From: a bacterium
Lineage (GTDB): Bacteria; RBG-13-61-14; DATKZS01
DNA length: 64,000 nt
Direction: 5' to 3'
Assembly: GCA_963674965.2 (NCBI GenBank)
Contig: CAXXFL010000003.1
Span: 64,001-128,000 of the forward strand
Shown in pieces: positions 16,573-25,779 of this stretch. How positions within the stretch are numbered: position 1 is the first letter of the stretch; every line of letters starts with the position of its first letter. The notes beneath the pieces were generated by a model. It ran no database searches. It saw nothing but the letters and a program-made list of their open reading frames with translations, and was not told where the DNA came from. The position numbers and the translations under genes were made by a program.

Positions 16573-19320
16573 ATGAGGGCAAAATTCGGGTTTATTGAAA
16601 TATTGTTTTTCGCCGCGTTCCTTACGCTCGCGGGCCGTGCGGGAGCGGGGGAGGAAAAGGTGGAGGAGGACTGGTCCTTTGGAGGGGGCGCCTTTGGAAG
16701 GTGGACCATGGACGGGGGCGGGCTTCCCGCCTACGAGTACCAGGCGCGTTACGACGATCCCCGCCTGGTCTGGGACCCGAAGGTGTATCCTCCAAGCAAC
16801 CTGCATTGGAGCCAGATCGGGAACGACCGGGTCATGGCCGCCTGCTACAACCTCGGGTTCGTCAAGCTGTTCGACGGCTCGGCCGGCGCGGTCTGGATCA
16901 ACGATTACGAGCCGGAAAAGGGAGAGTTCGCGGGAGGCTTCGGCTGGCTGGCCTGGGGCGACACGGTGGTCTCCGATTACGACGCGTCCATCGGGGAGGA
17001 CGCCGGCTGGAAGCGGGTCTTTGGCGCCTATTATTACGAGAAGACCCTCGAGACGGCCGAGGCGGTTTTCCGACATACCCTGGTACCCACGCCCAACACG
17101 GACTCGGCGCGGACTTCTCCCGAGGCCTCGTCTCTTTATTCCTTCGTGACCATAAGGAACAAGTCGGACCGGCCCATCAGCTTTACCCACCTCGAGTACT
17201 GGGACGTCAACGTCAAGTTGATGGACGACTTTCTCCTGGGCAGGGCGGGGATCAGGAAACGGCGAGACAAAAAGGTGAGCATGCGGGTCCACCGGAGCGG
17301 GACGGTGTTGGAGGCCGCCTCCCAGAAACGGCTGGAAGGGCCGCCCTCCCGGCCCGCGCTCGTGTTCCCCGAGTGGCCGTCGGCCTTTCTCGAGTCCATG
17401 GAGGAAAAACCCGACGCCTGGATTACCGACCCGTCCGAGCTTTTCAACGGCAAGGAAATGGTCATCTCACGGATATCCTCGGGCCTTGGATCGGAGAAAC
17501 CCGACCCGGCGGCGAGGGGGCAAAATGAAGCCTGCCTGGCCGCCAGGAAAAGCTTCGTTCTGGAGCCGGGAGAGGAGAAGACCATCGCCTATCGTTTCGG
17601 TTGCCTCTACCCATACGCCGCCGACTGGGACCAAGGTCCCGGCCCCGGGATGGAGGCGGCCTCCGAGTTGGCCCGCGTTCACGCCGCCTGGCGAGACGCC
17701 GGGTATCCGGCTTTCATCTCGTCTCGAGACTCCTTTATGGGAAGGGAACTGGTCTGGGACTATTACTATCTCACGGCCATGGCCACCTCGGATATCTACT
17801 ACGGGAAACGGCACGTTCCCCAGGGGGGGAATTACTACTACTACTCCGGCGGCAACGGCGCCACCCGCGACTACGCGGCCTTTGTCCAGGCCCTGACCTA
17901 CTATAAGCCCGAGCTGGCGCGGGAGATACTCGAGTTCATGTCCCGCTGCCAGGAGACCGACGGCAGGCTGTTCTACGATATCGAGGGGTACGGCTATCGC
18001 TACTCGACGCCCTACCGGCCGGGCGACCTGGACCTGTGGTATCTGTGGGCCCTTTGCGAGTACGTCTTCGCCACCCGCGACTTCGACCTGCTCGATCAGG
18101 GCGAGCCTTTCTATCCTCTTCACCTCGGCGAGGAGGGCACGGTTTGGGAGCACGCCCGCCGCTCCCTCGATCACCTGATCGACGTGATCGGGACCGGACC
18201 GAGGGGGCACTTGAGACTGAGGCTGTCCGACTGGAACGACGAGATGACCTGGCTCACCGCCGGCTCGAACCCGGCGGACATGCTGGCCACCTTTTACCGG
18301 GGCGAGTCGGTCATGAACACGGCCATGGCCTGTCATATTCTGCCCATGTTTCGGGACCTGGCCAAGGCCGAGGGAGACGCCGAGACGGCCGGCCGGGCGG
18401 AGGCGTTTCTCGTCAAGTTGCGGGCCGCCCTTGACTCGGCCTGGACGGGAACGCATTTTACGCGGGCTTACTCCGGTTTTGGCAAGCCCTTTGGCCAGGA
18501 TGAAACGTATCTCGAGCCGCAGGTTTGGGCCCTTCTCGCGGGTGACGTCCTAGGCCCCGAGCGGGAACGGAAGCTTTTAGACAACCTTCGGGCCAACCTC
18601 ATGGGTCCCAGCGAGTTGGGCATGATGATATCGACCTCGACCTCGGGGTCCCTTACCACCAGGCCGGGCGAGCAGGAGGAAGGCGGGATATGGCTGGCCA
18701 TCAACGGACCGGCGGCCCTGGCCCTGGCCAGGAGCGATCCGGACCTCGCCTGGCGCGAGGTCAAGCGGAACTCGATGGCCTGGCACGCTCACGTTTATCC
18801 GAATCTTTGGTACGGTATTTGGAGCGGTCCCGACGCCTGGAACTCGGTCTTCTCCGACCGGCCCGGCGAGACCTGGTACATGAAAACGCCCATATTGAAC
18901 ACGGGCCCGCAAATGTACCCGGTCCAGAACGCCCATTCCCATTGCCAGACCATGTGGGTCATGGCCCGGCTGGCGGGGATATCCCCCTTTGCCGAGGGCC
19001 TGGCCGTCGAGCCTCGCGTGCCCTTGGAATCCTATTCTTTTTCATGCCGGCTCTTTTCCATTTCAAAGGGCCCCGATGAGATCGCGGGAAGCTTGCGCGT
19101 GGGCGATGGAGGACCTTTGAAGCTGCGCGTTGAAATTCCCGAGAACATGCGGGGGAGGCAATTGGCCTTCAGCGTCAATGGCGAAAAAATTTCGTCCGCC
19201 GCCTTGGGCGATTACGTCGAGTGCATGGCTGGAGGAGACGGGCGCGGCTCCATTGATTTTAAGCTCACGGCTTCAAAGCCGCAACAGGGGCCGAACCGGA
19301 AGGCTTCTCGCGGCGTCTAA
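16573..19320 (+). CDS. Exported GH94-like (alpha/alpha)6 glycoside hydrolase/phosphorylase
   Basis: Signal peptide (..AGRAGA); RD..FVQAL, DLDLWYLW..EYVFATRDF, GPRGHLRL..SDWND, GESVMN, LEPQVWAL, EEGGIW. Confidence 0.7.
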   Translation: MRAKFGFIEILFFAAFLTLAGRAGAGEEKVEEDWSFGGGAFGRWTMDGGGLPAYEYQARYDDPRLVWDPKVYPPSNLHWSQIGNDRVMAACYNLGFVKLFDGSAGAVWINDYEPEKGEFAGGFGWLAWGDTVVSDYDASIGEDAGWKRVFGAYYYEKTLETAEAVFRHTLVPTPNTDSARTSPEASSLYSFVTIRNKSDRPISFTHLEYWDVNVKLMDDFLLGRAGIRKRRDKKVSMRVHRSGTVLEAASQKRLEGPPSRPALVFPEWPSAFLESMEEKPDAWITDPSELFNGKEMVISRISSGLGSEKPDPAARGQNEACLAARKSFVLEPGEEKTIAYRFGCLYPYAADWDQGPGPGMEAASELARVHAAWRDAGYPAFISSRDSFMGRELVWDYYYLTAMATSDIYYGKRHVPQGGNYYYYSGGNGATRDYAAFVQALTYYKPELAREILEFMSRCQETDGRLFYDIEGYGYRYSTPYRPGDLDLWYLWALCEYVFATRDFDLLDQGEPFYPLHLGEEGTVWEHARRSLDHLIDVIGTGPRGHLRLRLSDWNDEMTWLTAGSNPADMLATFYRGESVMNTAMACHILPMFRDLAKAEGDAETAGRAEAFLVKLRAALDSAWTGTHFTRAYSGFGKPFGQDETYLEPQVWALLAGDVLGPERERKLLDNLRANLMGPSELGMMISTSTSGSLTTRPGEQEEGGIWLAINGPAALALARSDPDLAWREVKRNSMAWHAHVYPNLWYGIWSGPDAWNSVFSDRPGETWYMKTPILNTGPQMYPVQNAHSHCQTMWVMARLAGISPFAEGLAVEPRVPLESYSFSCRLFSISKGPDEIAGSLRVGDGGPLKLRVEIPENMRGRQLAFSVNGEKISSAALGDYVECMAGGDGRGSIDFKLTASKPQQGPNRKASRGV

Positions 19321-19399
19321 CGGGTCAGGGTAAACCGGTTTTCCATCGTAAGGGATATGGTCCTTGAACGGCGCCTTACTCCCCGGTAAGATGTAAGCG

Positions 19400-21499
19400 A
19401 TGAAAATAAAGTATCTCCCGCTGATCGGCGCGATCATCCCGGCGGTCGCCGCGGCCCTTGTCCTTAGAAACGGCCTGGACGCCTGGTTTATCGCGGACGA
19501 CTTCGTGCACCTGGGGCATATGAAGTTCCTCAGCGGGCCCGCCGATTTTTGGACCACCCCCTTTTTCGGGCTCAGCGTTTTCCGGCCTTTGGCCCATACC
19601 GCCATGCAGCTCACGGGCCAGTGGTGGGGCCTGTCGCCCCGGAGCCTTCACGGCTTCGACATGGTCCTTCACTGCCTCAGCTCGGCCCTGGTCACGGTCC
19701 TGGCCTTTCGGCTTTTCTCGAGCGCCAAGGCGTATAAAGACGCCGAGACGGACGGCTCGAGAACGGCTATTCTTCCGGCCCTCTCCGCGGGCCTAGTTTT
19801 CGCCGTGCATCCGGTGGGATCGCTTACCGCCGCCTGGTTCTGTTGCCGGACCGACCTTATGGCCATGCCCTTTTCCCTTCTTGCCTTGATAGCCGCCTCG
19901 GGCAAGGGGGTCCCCAGGCCGGGCCGCCAATTGCTTATCATGGCCTTGGTTATGGCGGCCCTGCTTTGCAAGGTCACGCACCTGGCCCTTTTCCTCATGG
20001 TTTTCGCTACGGCCTTTACGGCCAATGGGGACGAGCCGATCAAGAGGCGTGGCTACATGGCCTTCGCCTCGGCCTTGCCGGCTTTTAACGCCACCCTTTT
20101 TTACCTCATGTACCGGATGGTCGTGCTTAACGGGATGGGAGGATACGCCGACGCGCCCCCCGGCCTGGCCGGTATATATAGCGTGGCCGCCTATCACCTT
20201 CCCCTGGTGATCGAGGCGGCGGCCCGGGGCCTGACCCTGCACCACATGGCCAGGGACCACGAGCTGTACGTTCCCATAGTGGCCGCCCTTGGGGCCATCG
20301 TTTTACTGGGGGCCCCGGCGACTTTGATAAGGGGGAAAAGGTTCGTCCTTTTTGGCCTCGTTATCGCGGGGCTGGGTCTTCTTCCCGTCTGGAATTTGTC
20401 TCACATGATTTCCTACAGGGCGGACAGGCTCCTGTATCTTTCATCTTTGGGCTACGCCATGCTGGTGGGAACGGCGGTTTACGCGCCCGTCCGGCTGGAG
20501 ATAAAATGGGGGGCCGCCGGGGCCGCGGCAACCTTATCGGCGCTGCTGGGCCTGATTTCGGTTCAGGCGGTGGGCGACTGGAAAGGGGAGGCGGCCCAGA
20601 ACCTCGAGTTGGCCAAGGCCCTGGCCGGGCACGTGGAGAAGGCCGGAGAGAACGGCGGAGTCAGGCGCTATTACGTTCTGGGACTGGGGCCCGAGCACTA
20701 CTACCTGGACATGATGGTAAAGCTGGTCCTGGACGAGAAATACTACGGCCGCGAGATAGTGCTGGGCGACCATGACAGCTTCCTTTGGCTGGGCAAAAAG
20801 TATTATCATCCGGAGGAAAAGACGGACGTTCCCGCCGAGGCCCTGCCCGTGAAAACCTCTCACCCCACCGATAAGGAACTCGCCTACGTGACCGTCACCC
20901 CGCCGGACCTGTTAATCGCCGCGGCCTGGGACGACTCGTCTCGAACGCTCGAGTGGAAGAACGGGTCCATCAAGGACGTGACCTCCAGGCTGAAGGCCCT
21001 CGAGAAGAGACGCAAGTTCGCCCGCATCAGGGTGAGCGCAAGGCCGACCATGCTGCCAAGTTACGGCTTTCGCAAGACGCCCCTCGGGTTCGACTGGCTC
21101 ACCTCTCCGGAGCTTGAGAGGATCGACCCGGAAAAAAACGGCGAGCCTTATACCTTCGTGGCCGCGGACAACGACCCCTATTTGATCTCTCCCGACGTCT
21201 TTCTCAAGCCCCTTATGGTCTCGGCCCTAACTCTCGAGATGGCCCTGCCGGCAAGGACCTATCTTCCTCCCGCGGAAAGCCAGGGCTGCCTCATGTGGAG
21301 GACCAAGGGCAATCCCGGCTTCACGAGGGACAAGATAGTATGTTTCCCCGTGGTGCCCGACGGCGAGGTCCACGAGTACAGGATCGACCTTTCCAGGAAC
21401 GTCCACTGGTCGCTCTCGGGCACGGTCACCGGCATCCGCCTCGATCCCATCTCCTACAAGTCGTCCTTCAGATTGATAAGGATCGATTTCGAGTCCTGA
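19400..21499 (+). CDS. Polytopic membrane protein, GT-C/PMT-like N-terminal half with large extracytoplasmic C-terminal domain
   Basis: WFIADDF, FRPL, LH, LVFAVHP..AAW..RTDL, ALLCK, DRLLYLSSLG pattern typical of TMTC/PMT-like glycosyltransferases; C-terminal W..S.TVTGIRLDP beta domain. Confidence 0.6.
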   Translation: MKIKYLPLIGAIIPAVAAALVLRNGLDAWFIADDFVHLGHMKFLSGPADFWTTPFFGLSVFRPLAHTAMQLTGQWWGLSPRSLHGFDMVLHCLSSALVTVLAFRLFSSAKAYKDAETDGSRTAILPALSAGLVFAVHPVGSLTAAWFCCRTDLMAMPFSLLALIAASGKGVPRPGRQLLIMALVMAALLCKVTHLALFLMVFATAFTANGDEPIKRRGYMAFASALPAFNATLFYLMYRMVVLNGMGGYADAPPGLAGIYSVAAYHLPLVIEAAARGLTLHHMARDHELYVPIVAALGAIVLLGAPATLIRGKRFVLFGLVIAGLGLLPVWNLSHMISYRADRLLYLSSLGYAMLVGTAVYAPVRLEIKWGAAGAAATLSALLGLISVQAVGDWKGEAAQNLELAKALAGHVEKAGENGGVRRYYVLGLGPEHYYLDMMVKLVLDEKYYGREIVLGDHDSFLWLGKKYYHPEEKTDVPAEALPVKTSHPTDKELAYVTVTPPDLLIAAAWDDSSRTLEWKNGSIKDVTSRLKALEKRRKFARIRVSARPTMLPSYGFRKTPLGFDWLTSPELERIDPEKNGEPYTFVAADNDPYLISPDVFLKPLMVSALTLEMALPARTYLPPAESQGCLMWRTKGNPGFTRDKIVCFPVVPDGEVHEYRIDLSRNVHWSLSGTVTGIRLDPISYKSSFRLIRIDFES

Positions 21500-21534
21500 G
21501 CCGCGTATTGCCCCTTCGGCTTACCACCTCGGCC

Positions 21535-22842
21535 TCATGGTCCCGCGCCCCCGAGCAGGAAGCGCCAGGCGGGAACGACCTCTATCGTCCCGGCGTCGAC
21601 CTTTATGGTCTCCTCCTCGCCTCGGGTTACTATCATGGACGTCGCAAGTTTTAACTCGGTCATCGCCTCGGTGAGAGACGCGACCTCCCTTTTGCGCGTC
21701 TTGGGATGGGCCAGGGATTCGCAAGCCTGGACCAGAAGACGGGAGCGGTCTTTCAGTCTGGCCACGAAATCGACCTCGGCCCCGCTCCGGGTCTTGTAAT
21801 AGTACACGTCCGGCGTCTCGCGCCTAAGGGTGACGAACGTAAGGTTCTCGAGAAGATGGCCGGAATTGACGAGAACGCCCGAGGACGTCGAGGTTACAAG
21901 AGCGTGATCGATACAATAGACTTTTTTCGGGTTGGCCTTGCTGCGCGACAGTGAAGCGTCGAACAGGCGGACGGTAAACAGGAAGTAGGCGTCCTCCAGC
22001 CATTCCAGGTAATCCGATACGGAAGACTTGGGGACCTTATGGCCCAAGGACTTAAGGTAACCCGTCAAAGCGTTGATAGAGTAAAGGGACGCCGCGTTGT
22101 CTATCAGCCAGTGGGCCAGGTCGGTTACGGCCCGGGGATGGGACACGTCGTGCCGCTCGACCAGGTCGCGGAAAAGCACGGCTTGCAGATACTCCTGGTG
22201 GATTTTTATCCGGAGGGGATAATCTTGTCCCGCCACCTCCGGAAAGCCGCCCGTTTCCCAATATTCCTCGAAGGCTTTCTGGACCAGAAGACGCCGCTTG
22301 GTCGATAAAGGCCCCTTGGCTTCAATGCCTTTGAATTCGAGGAACTCGCGGAAGGAAAAAGGGAATATCTCCCATGAGAGGGCCCGGCCCCGCATCTGGG
22401 TGGCGATTTCCCTGGACAGCATCCGGGAGGAGGAGCCAGTCAGGAATACCTCGCAATTCTCCGAGCGCATGAGCCGGTCAACGAACGGTTCCCAGCCCTC
22501 GAGAGCCTGGATTTCATCGAAGAAGCAGTAGACCTTCTCGGCGTTTTTCTTTTCCGGGTATAGCGAGTAGTAAGCCTCCGTTATCAAGCCGAGGTCTTGC
22601 CTTTTAAGGCCGTGAAGGCGGTCGTCAAAAAAATTAAGATAAAGGACGTTTTCGCGAGGTACCCCAGCTTTCTCGAGCCGTTCTATTATCTGATAAAGAT
22701 AAGTGGACTTGCCGCCTCGGCGCACTCCTATAAAAACGGTGGCTTTGCCGGCGACCGACTGAAACGGCAACCTTCTGGGCACTCCGGTATCCAGTTCGAG
22801 TTCCTGGAAATCGAGCAAGATGGATTTTATTGTATTTATCAT
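21535..22842 (-). CDS. AAA_14 ATPase with DUF4143 domain
   Basis: Walker A GVRRGGKST, LNFFDDRL, Walker B FFDEIQ, LTGSSS, GGFPE, RDLVERH, PKKVYCID, LLENL, EVDFV..LVQ. Confidence 0.92.
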   Translation of the reverse strand: MINTIKSILLDFQELELDTGVPRRLPFQSVAGKATVFIGVRRGGKSTYLYQIIERLEKAGVPRENVLYLNFFDDRLHGLKRQDLGLITEAYYSLYPEKKNAEKVYCFFDEIQALEGWEPFVDRLMRSENCEVFLTGSSSRMLSREIATQMRGRALSWEIFPFSFREFLEFKGIEAKGPLSTKRRLLVQKAFEEYWETGGFPEVAGQDYPLRIKIHQEYLQAVLFRDLVERHDVSHPRAVTDLAHWLIDNAASLYSINALTGYLKSLGHKVPKSSVSDYLEWLEDAYFLFTVRLFDASLSRSKANPKKVYCIDHALVTSTSSGVLVNSGHLLENLTFVTLRRETPDVYYYKTRSGAEVDFVARLKDRSRLLVQACESLAHPKTRKREVASLTEAMTELKLATSMIVTRGEEETIKVDAGTIEVVPAWRFLLGGAGP

Positions 22843-22853
22843 ATCCTTATAAT

Positions 22854-22922
22854 TGGTAAATTAAATTACCACTTTTAATATATATCGGCAATAATAATAC
22901 CCGATTATCCGGGGAGCGTCAA
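22854..22922 (-). promoter_or_regulatory. Sigma-70 promoter plus palindromic operator for the AAA_14 gene
   Basis: TTGACG-N17-TATTAT (22922-22894); inverted repeat tggtaa-attaaa-ttacca (22854-22871) between promoter and SD. Confidence 0.6.
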
Positions 22923-23031
22923 GCAAAATCACGGAGCCGTTAATAAAGCCAGCCGTTTGAAGTTGTCTTGCAGGAAGCCGGGACTATAATCATGGATGGG
23001 GCCGCGCGATCGAACTGGCCCCGGGGGTGAC

Positions 23032-24489
23032 ATGAAAAACGACGATAATACCAGGGCCGCCTTTTGGCCGGCCAACACGATCAAAATAATCGCTCTCGTC
23101 CTTTGCTTTTCCTCCCTGGCGGTGATCGCCGCGGCGAGGTTTCTTCCCTTGTCTTCCGACGCGAGGGAAACGGGCGCCATTAAAAAAGCGGTCCCAGCCA
23201 ATGCGGAGCGTCCCACCGCCTCCGAGACGGATAAGCCGGATCAATTAGATGCCCCGGCCGAGCTCGCCCAGGCGGTCATGCCCGACCCGTCAAGCGCGAC
23301 GCCCTCCGACTCCGGCGCGGACTTGCCCAAGAGGGCCGTGAAGAAGGAGGCCCCATCCCCGCCCACCATCCGGATAGCCTCGGCCGGCGACATTATGATG
23401 CAAAGGAAATGCAACCGCTCGGCCGCGCAGAAATCCAAGGGCGACGAGAACAACTTCGGATACGACGGGCTCTTCCCGGGCCTGGCCGACGCCTTTACCG
23501 ACTCCGACGTGGTCCTGGGCAACCTCGAGCTTCCCGTGTTCGAGAAGATGAAGCCCGAGCGCTCGATGGTGTTCAACGCCCCTCCCGCCCTGCTTCACGC
23601 CCTGAAGAAGGCGGGCTTCACCCTGCTTACGGCCGCCAACAACCACGCTTACGACCACGGCCGGATCAGTCCCGAGTCGACCTACATGCACTGCACCTTG
23701 AGCGGCATCCCCTGCCTCGGGGTCGGGCCGAGCCGCGAGGAGGCGGAAAAACCTTATGTCGTCGGGCCGCCGGAAATGAGGATAGCCGTCATCGGGTACT
23801 CGACCCTGGCCAACTCGAACCTTAACCGGAGCGACCCGGCCGTCGCTCGCGTCAACGGCTATGGCTACGACGACCTTATCGGCCAGGTGAAAGAATGCGC
23901 GGCCAAGTACGACGGGGTGGTGGTGGAGGTCCACTGGGGCGTGGAATACACGACTTCCCCCATCGGCTCGCAAAAGGTACGGGCCAAGCAGCTGGTGGAA
24001 GCGGGCGCCAGCCTGGTGTTTGGCCACCATCCCCACGTGCTCGAGCCCATCGTTCCCATGACCGCGAGCGACGGCCGCCGCGCCCTGGTGGCCTATTCCC
24101 TGGGCAACTTCATCACCAACCAGGGCGGAAGGTCACTTTCCTCGACCACCAGGCTGGGCAACGTGCTCAAGGTGGACTTGACCAGGACGGAGAAGGGCGT
24201 CGAGGTAACGAGCTGGGATTCGATGCCAAGCTGGGTCCACAACAAGACCGCGGTCGTGGACGGCAAAAGGGTCGAGGACGTCCACGTCCAGATATGCGAC
24301 CTCGAAATCTGGAAGCTCGAGAAAAAACTGGCCAAGGAGCAAGACGAGTCAGCGAAAAAATCGATCCAAAGGGAAATCCAGTTTTACAGGGACAGGATCA
24401 AACAGGCCGAGAACATATTGATCAATCCTTCCGGTCCCAAGGCAAAGGACGTGGCCAGGGCGTCCGACTCGAGCGCCCCCGGCAAGTAA
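23032..24489 (+). CDS. CapA (PGA_cap) family metallophosphatase-fold membrane-anchored protein
   Basis: AGDIM, GNLE, ANNHAYDHG, VHWGVEY, GHHPHV, YSLGNF; N-terminal TM helix; TTGTCT-N16-TATAAT upstream (22963-22990). Confidence 0.92.
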   Translation: MKNDDNTRAAFWPANTIKIIALVLCFSSLAVIAAARFLPLSSDARETGAIKKAVPANAERPTASETDKPDQLDAPAELAQAVMPDPSSATPSDSGADLPKRAVKKEAPSPPTIRIASAGDIMMQRKCNRSAAQKSKGDENNFGYDGLFPGLADAFTDSDVVLGNLELPVFEKMKPERSMVFNAPPALLHALKKAGFTLLTAANNHAYDHGRISPESTYMHCTLSGIPCLGVGPSREEAEKPYVVGPPEMRIAVIGYSTLANSNLNRSDPAVARVNGYGYDDLIGQVKECAAKYDGVVVEVHWGVEYTTSPIGSQKVRAKQLVEAGASLVFGHHPHVLEPIVPMTASDGRRALVAYSLGNFITNQGGRSLSSTTRLGNVLKVDLTRTEKGVEVTSWDSMPSWVHNKTAVVDGKRVEDVHVQICDLEIWKLEKKLAKEQDESAKKSIQREIQFYRDRIKQAENILINPSGPKAKDVARASDSSAPGK

Positions 24490-24493
24490 GGCC

Positions 24494-25261
24494 CTATTCC
24501 CCCAGCGTTCTCTTTAGAAAATTATAGGAGTCCATAAGTCCGGGCGAGAGCGCGTTTATAAGGGCCACCTCGAGGCCCGCGCCCGCCAGCGTGGAAAGGC
24601 AGTTGCTCTCCAGCGACGCGGGATACTCCCTTCGCCTCGCGCTGAGTAAATTCGAGATGCCCGCCATGGTACGCGCCGGCCCTCCCAGTATCTCGCCGCT
24701 TGATAGCGCCCTGACGGCCAAAACGGCTCCTTTTAAATGGGCGTGGAAATCGGGCCAGGCCACGTTGGGCAGGACGGGATCGAATATCATCCGCTCGAGG
24801 GGAACGCCGGCGCTCGAGGCCAGTCCATAAAGAGATATGGCAACGGCGATCTTCTCGTCCGGCTCGGGCGGGCAAAGCGACCTTTCGTCCAGCAGCAAAA
24901 GGACCAAATCGGACCCCGACTCGGCGGCCAGGGGAAGTATCTCGGCCAGCTTGGCGGGCTCGAGGGTGACGGCGCTGATAACCGGCGTTTGGCGGCATAC
25001 CGAGAGTCCTCGCTCGATGATTTTGGGATTGGGGCTGTCCAGGATCAGGCGGCGCGACGAGACCTCCTGGACCGCCTCGACCAGGAACTCGACGCGATCT
25101 TGCTTTTTAGCCGAGAGGTACCCGGGGTTGACGTCGATCCAGTCCGCGCCCGCCTTGTCGAGCCTTCCCGCCAGTTCCCGGACCGGCCCGGGATCGAGGC
25201 GCCTCATGGCCTCGGCCACCTTCGGGTTCAGGGCGTTCAGGTTGTCGGCCGCGAGTATCAT
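24494..25261 (-). CDS. Pterin-binding (DHPS-fold) protein, AcsE/MetH-folate-domain-like methyltransferase
   Basis: AGADWIDVN, LVEAVQEV..LILDS.NP, IFDP, T.AGISN, AGL..A..N; about 255 aa. Confidence 0.75.
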   Translation of the reverse strand: MILAADNLNALNPKVAEAMRRLDPGPVRELAGRLDKAGADWIDVNPGYLSAKKQDRVEFLVEAVQEVSSRRLILDSPNPKIIERGLSVCRQTPVISAVTLEPAKLAEILPLAAESGSDLVLLLLDERSLCPPEPDEKIAVAISLYGLASSAGVPLERMIFDPVLPNVAWPDFHAHLKGAVLAVRALSSGEILGGPARTMAGISNLLSARRREYPASLESNCLSTLAGAGLEVALINALSPGLMDSYNFLKRTLGE

Positions 25262-25286
25262 GGCGCCATTTGGGGCGGGACGAGGC

Positions 25287-25670
25287 TCAATCCGGCTTTC
25301 CTTCCAGGTCGGCCATGAGCTTCTCGAGGGATTCCAACTGGTAGGGTTTTTCCAGGAAAGCGGCGGCCCCGAGTCCTTTGTATTTATCTCGCGAGTTTTT
25401 CTGGCTCATGCCGCTGGCGAGGACCACGCGGACCTTGGGATCGATTTTTCGCAGCTCGGCCAGGGTTTCCTCGCCGCCCATGCCGGGCATGACCAGGTCC
25501 AGAATGACCAGGCACGCCTCATCGCGAAGCTCGGCGTATTTCTCGACGGCCTTTTTTCCGCTCGAGGCGGATACGACCTCGAGGCCCAACTCTCCGAGCA
25601 TGATCTCGGCCGCGACAAGGACCCCCTTGTCGTCGTCTACCAGTAATACCTTTTTCAACTTTGCGCCCAC
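25287..25670 (-). CDS. Single-domain response regulator (CheY-like)
   Basis: VLLVDDD, VILDLVMPGMGG, LASG, FLEKPY. Confidence 0.92.
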   Translation of the reverse strand: MGAKLKKVLLVDDDKGVLVAAEIMLGELGLEVVSASSGKKAVEKYAELRDEACLVILDLVMPGMGGEETLAELRKIDPKVRVVLASGMSQKNSRDKYKGLGAAAFLEKPYQLESLEKLMADLEGKPD

Positions 25671-25724
25671 GCTCGCGGCGGTTGCCGCGCGTTTACAAGT
25701 CTATTCGCCAAAAGGGGACAAGGC

Positions 25725-25760
25725 AAGAAAAGAGGGGCCCGCCGGATCGGCGAGCCCCTC
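25725..25760 (-). terminator. Intrinsic terminator of the acyl-CoA operon
   Basis: Minus strand GAGGGGCTCGCCG-ATC-CGGCGGGCCCCTC followed by TTTTCTT. Confidence 0.8.
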
Positions 25761-25779
25761 CTCCAGGAAAGAAAGCCGA

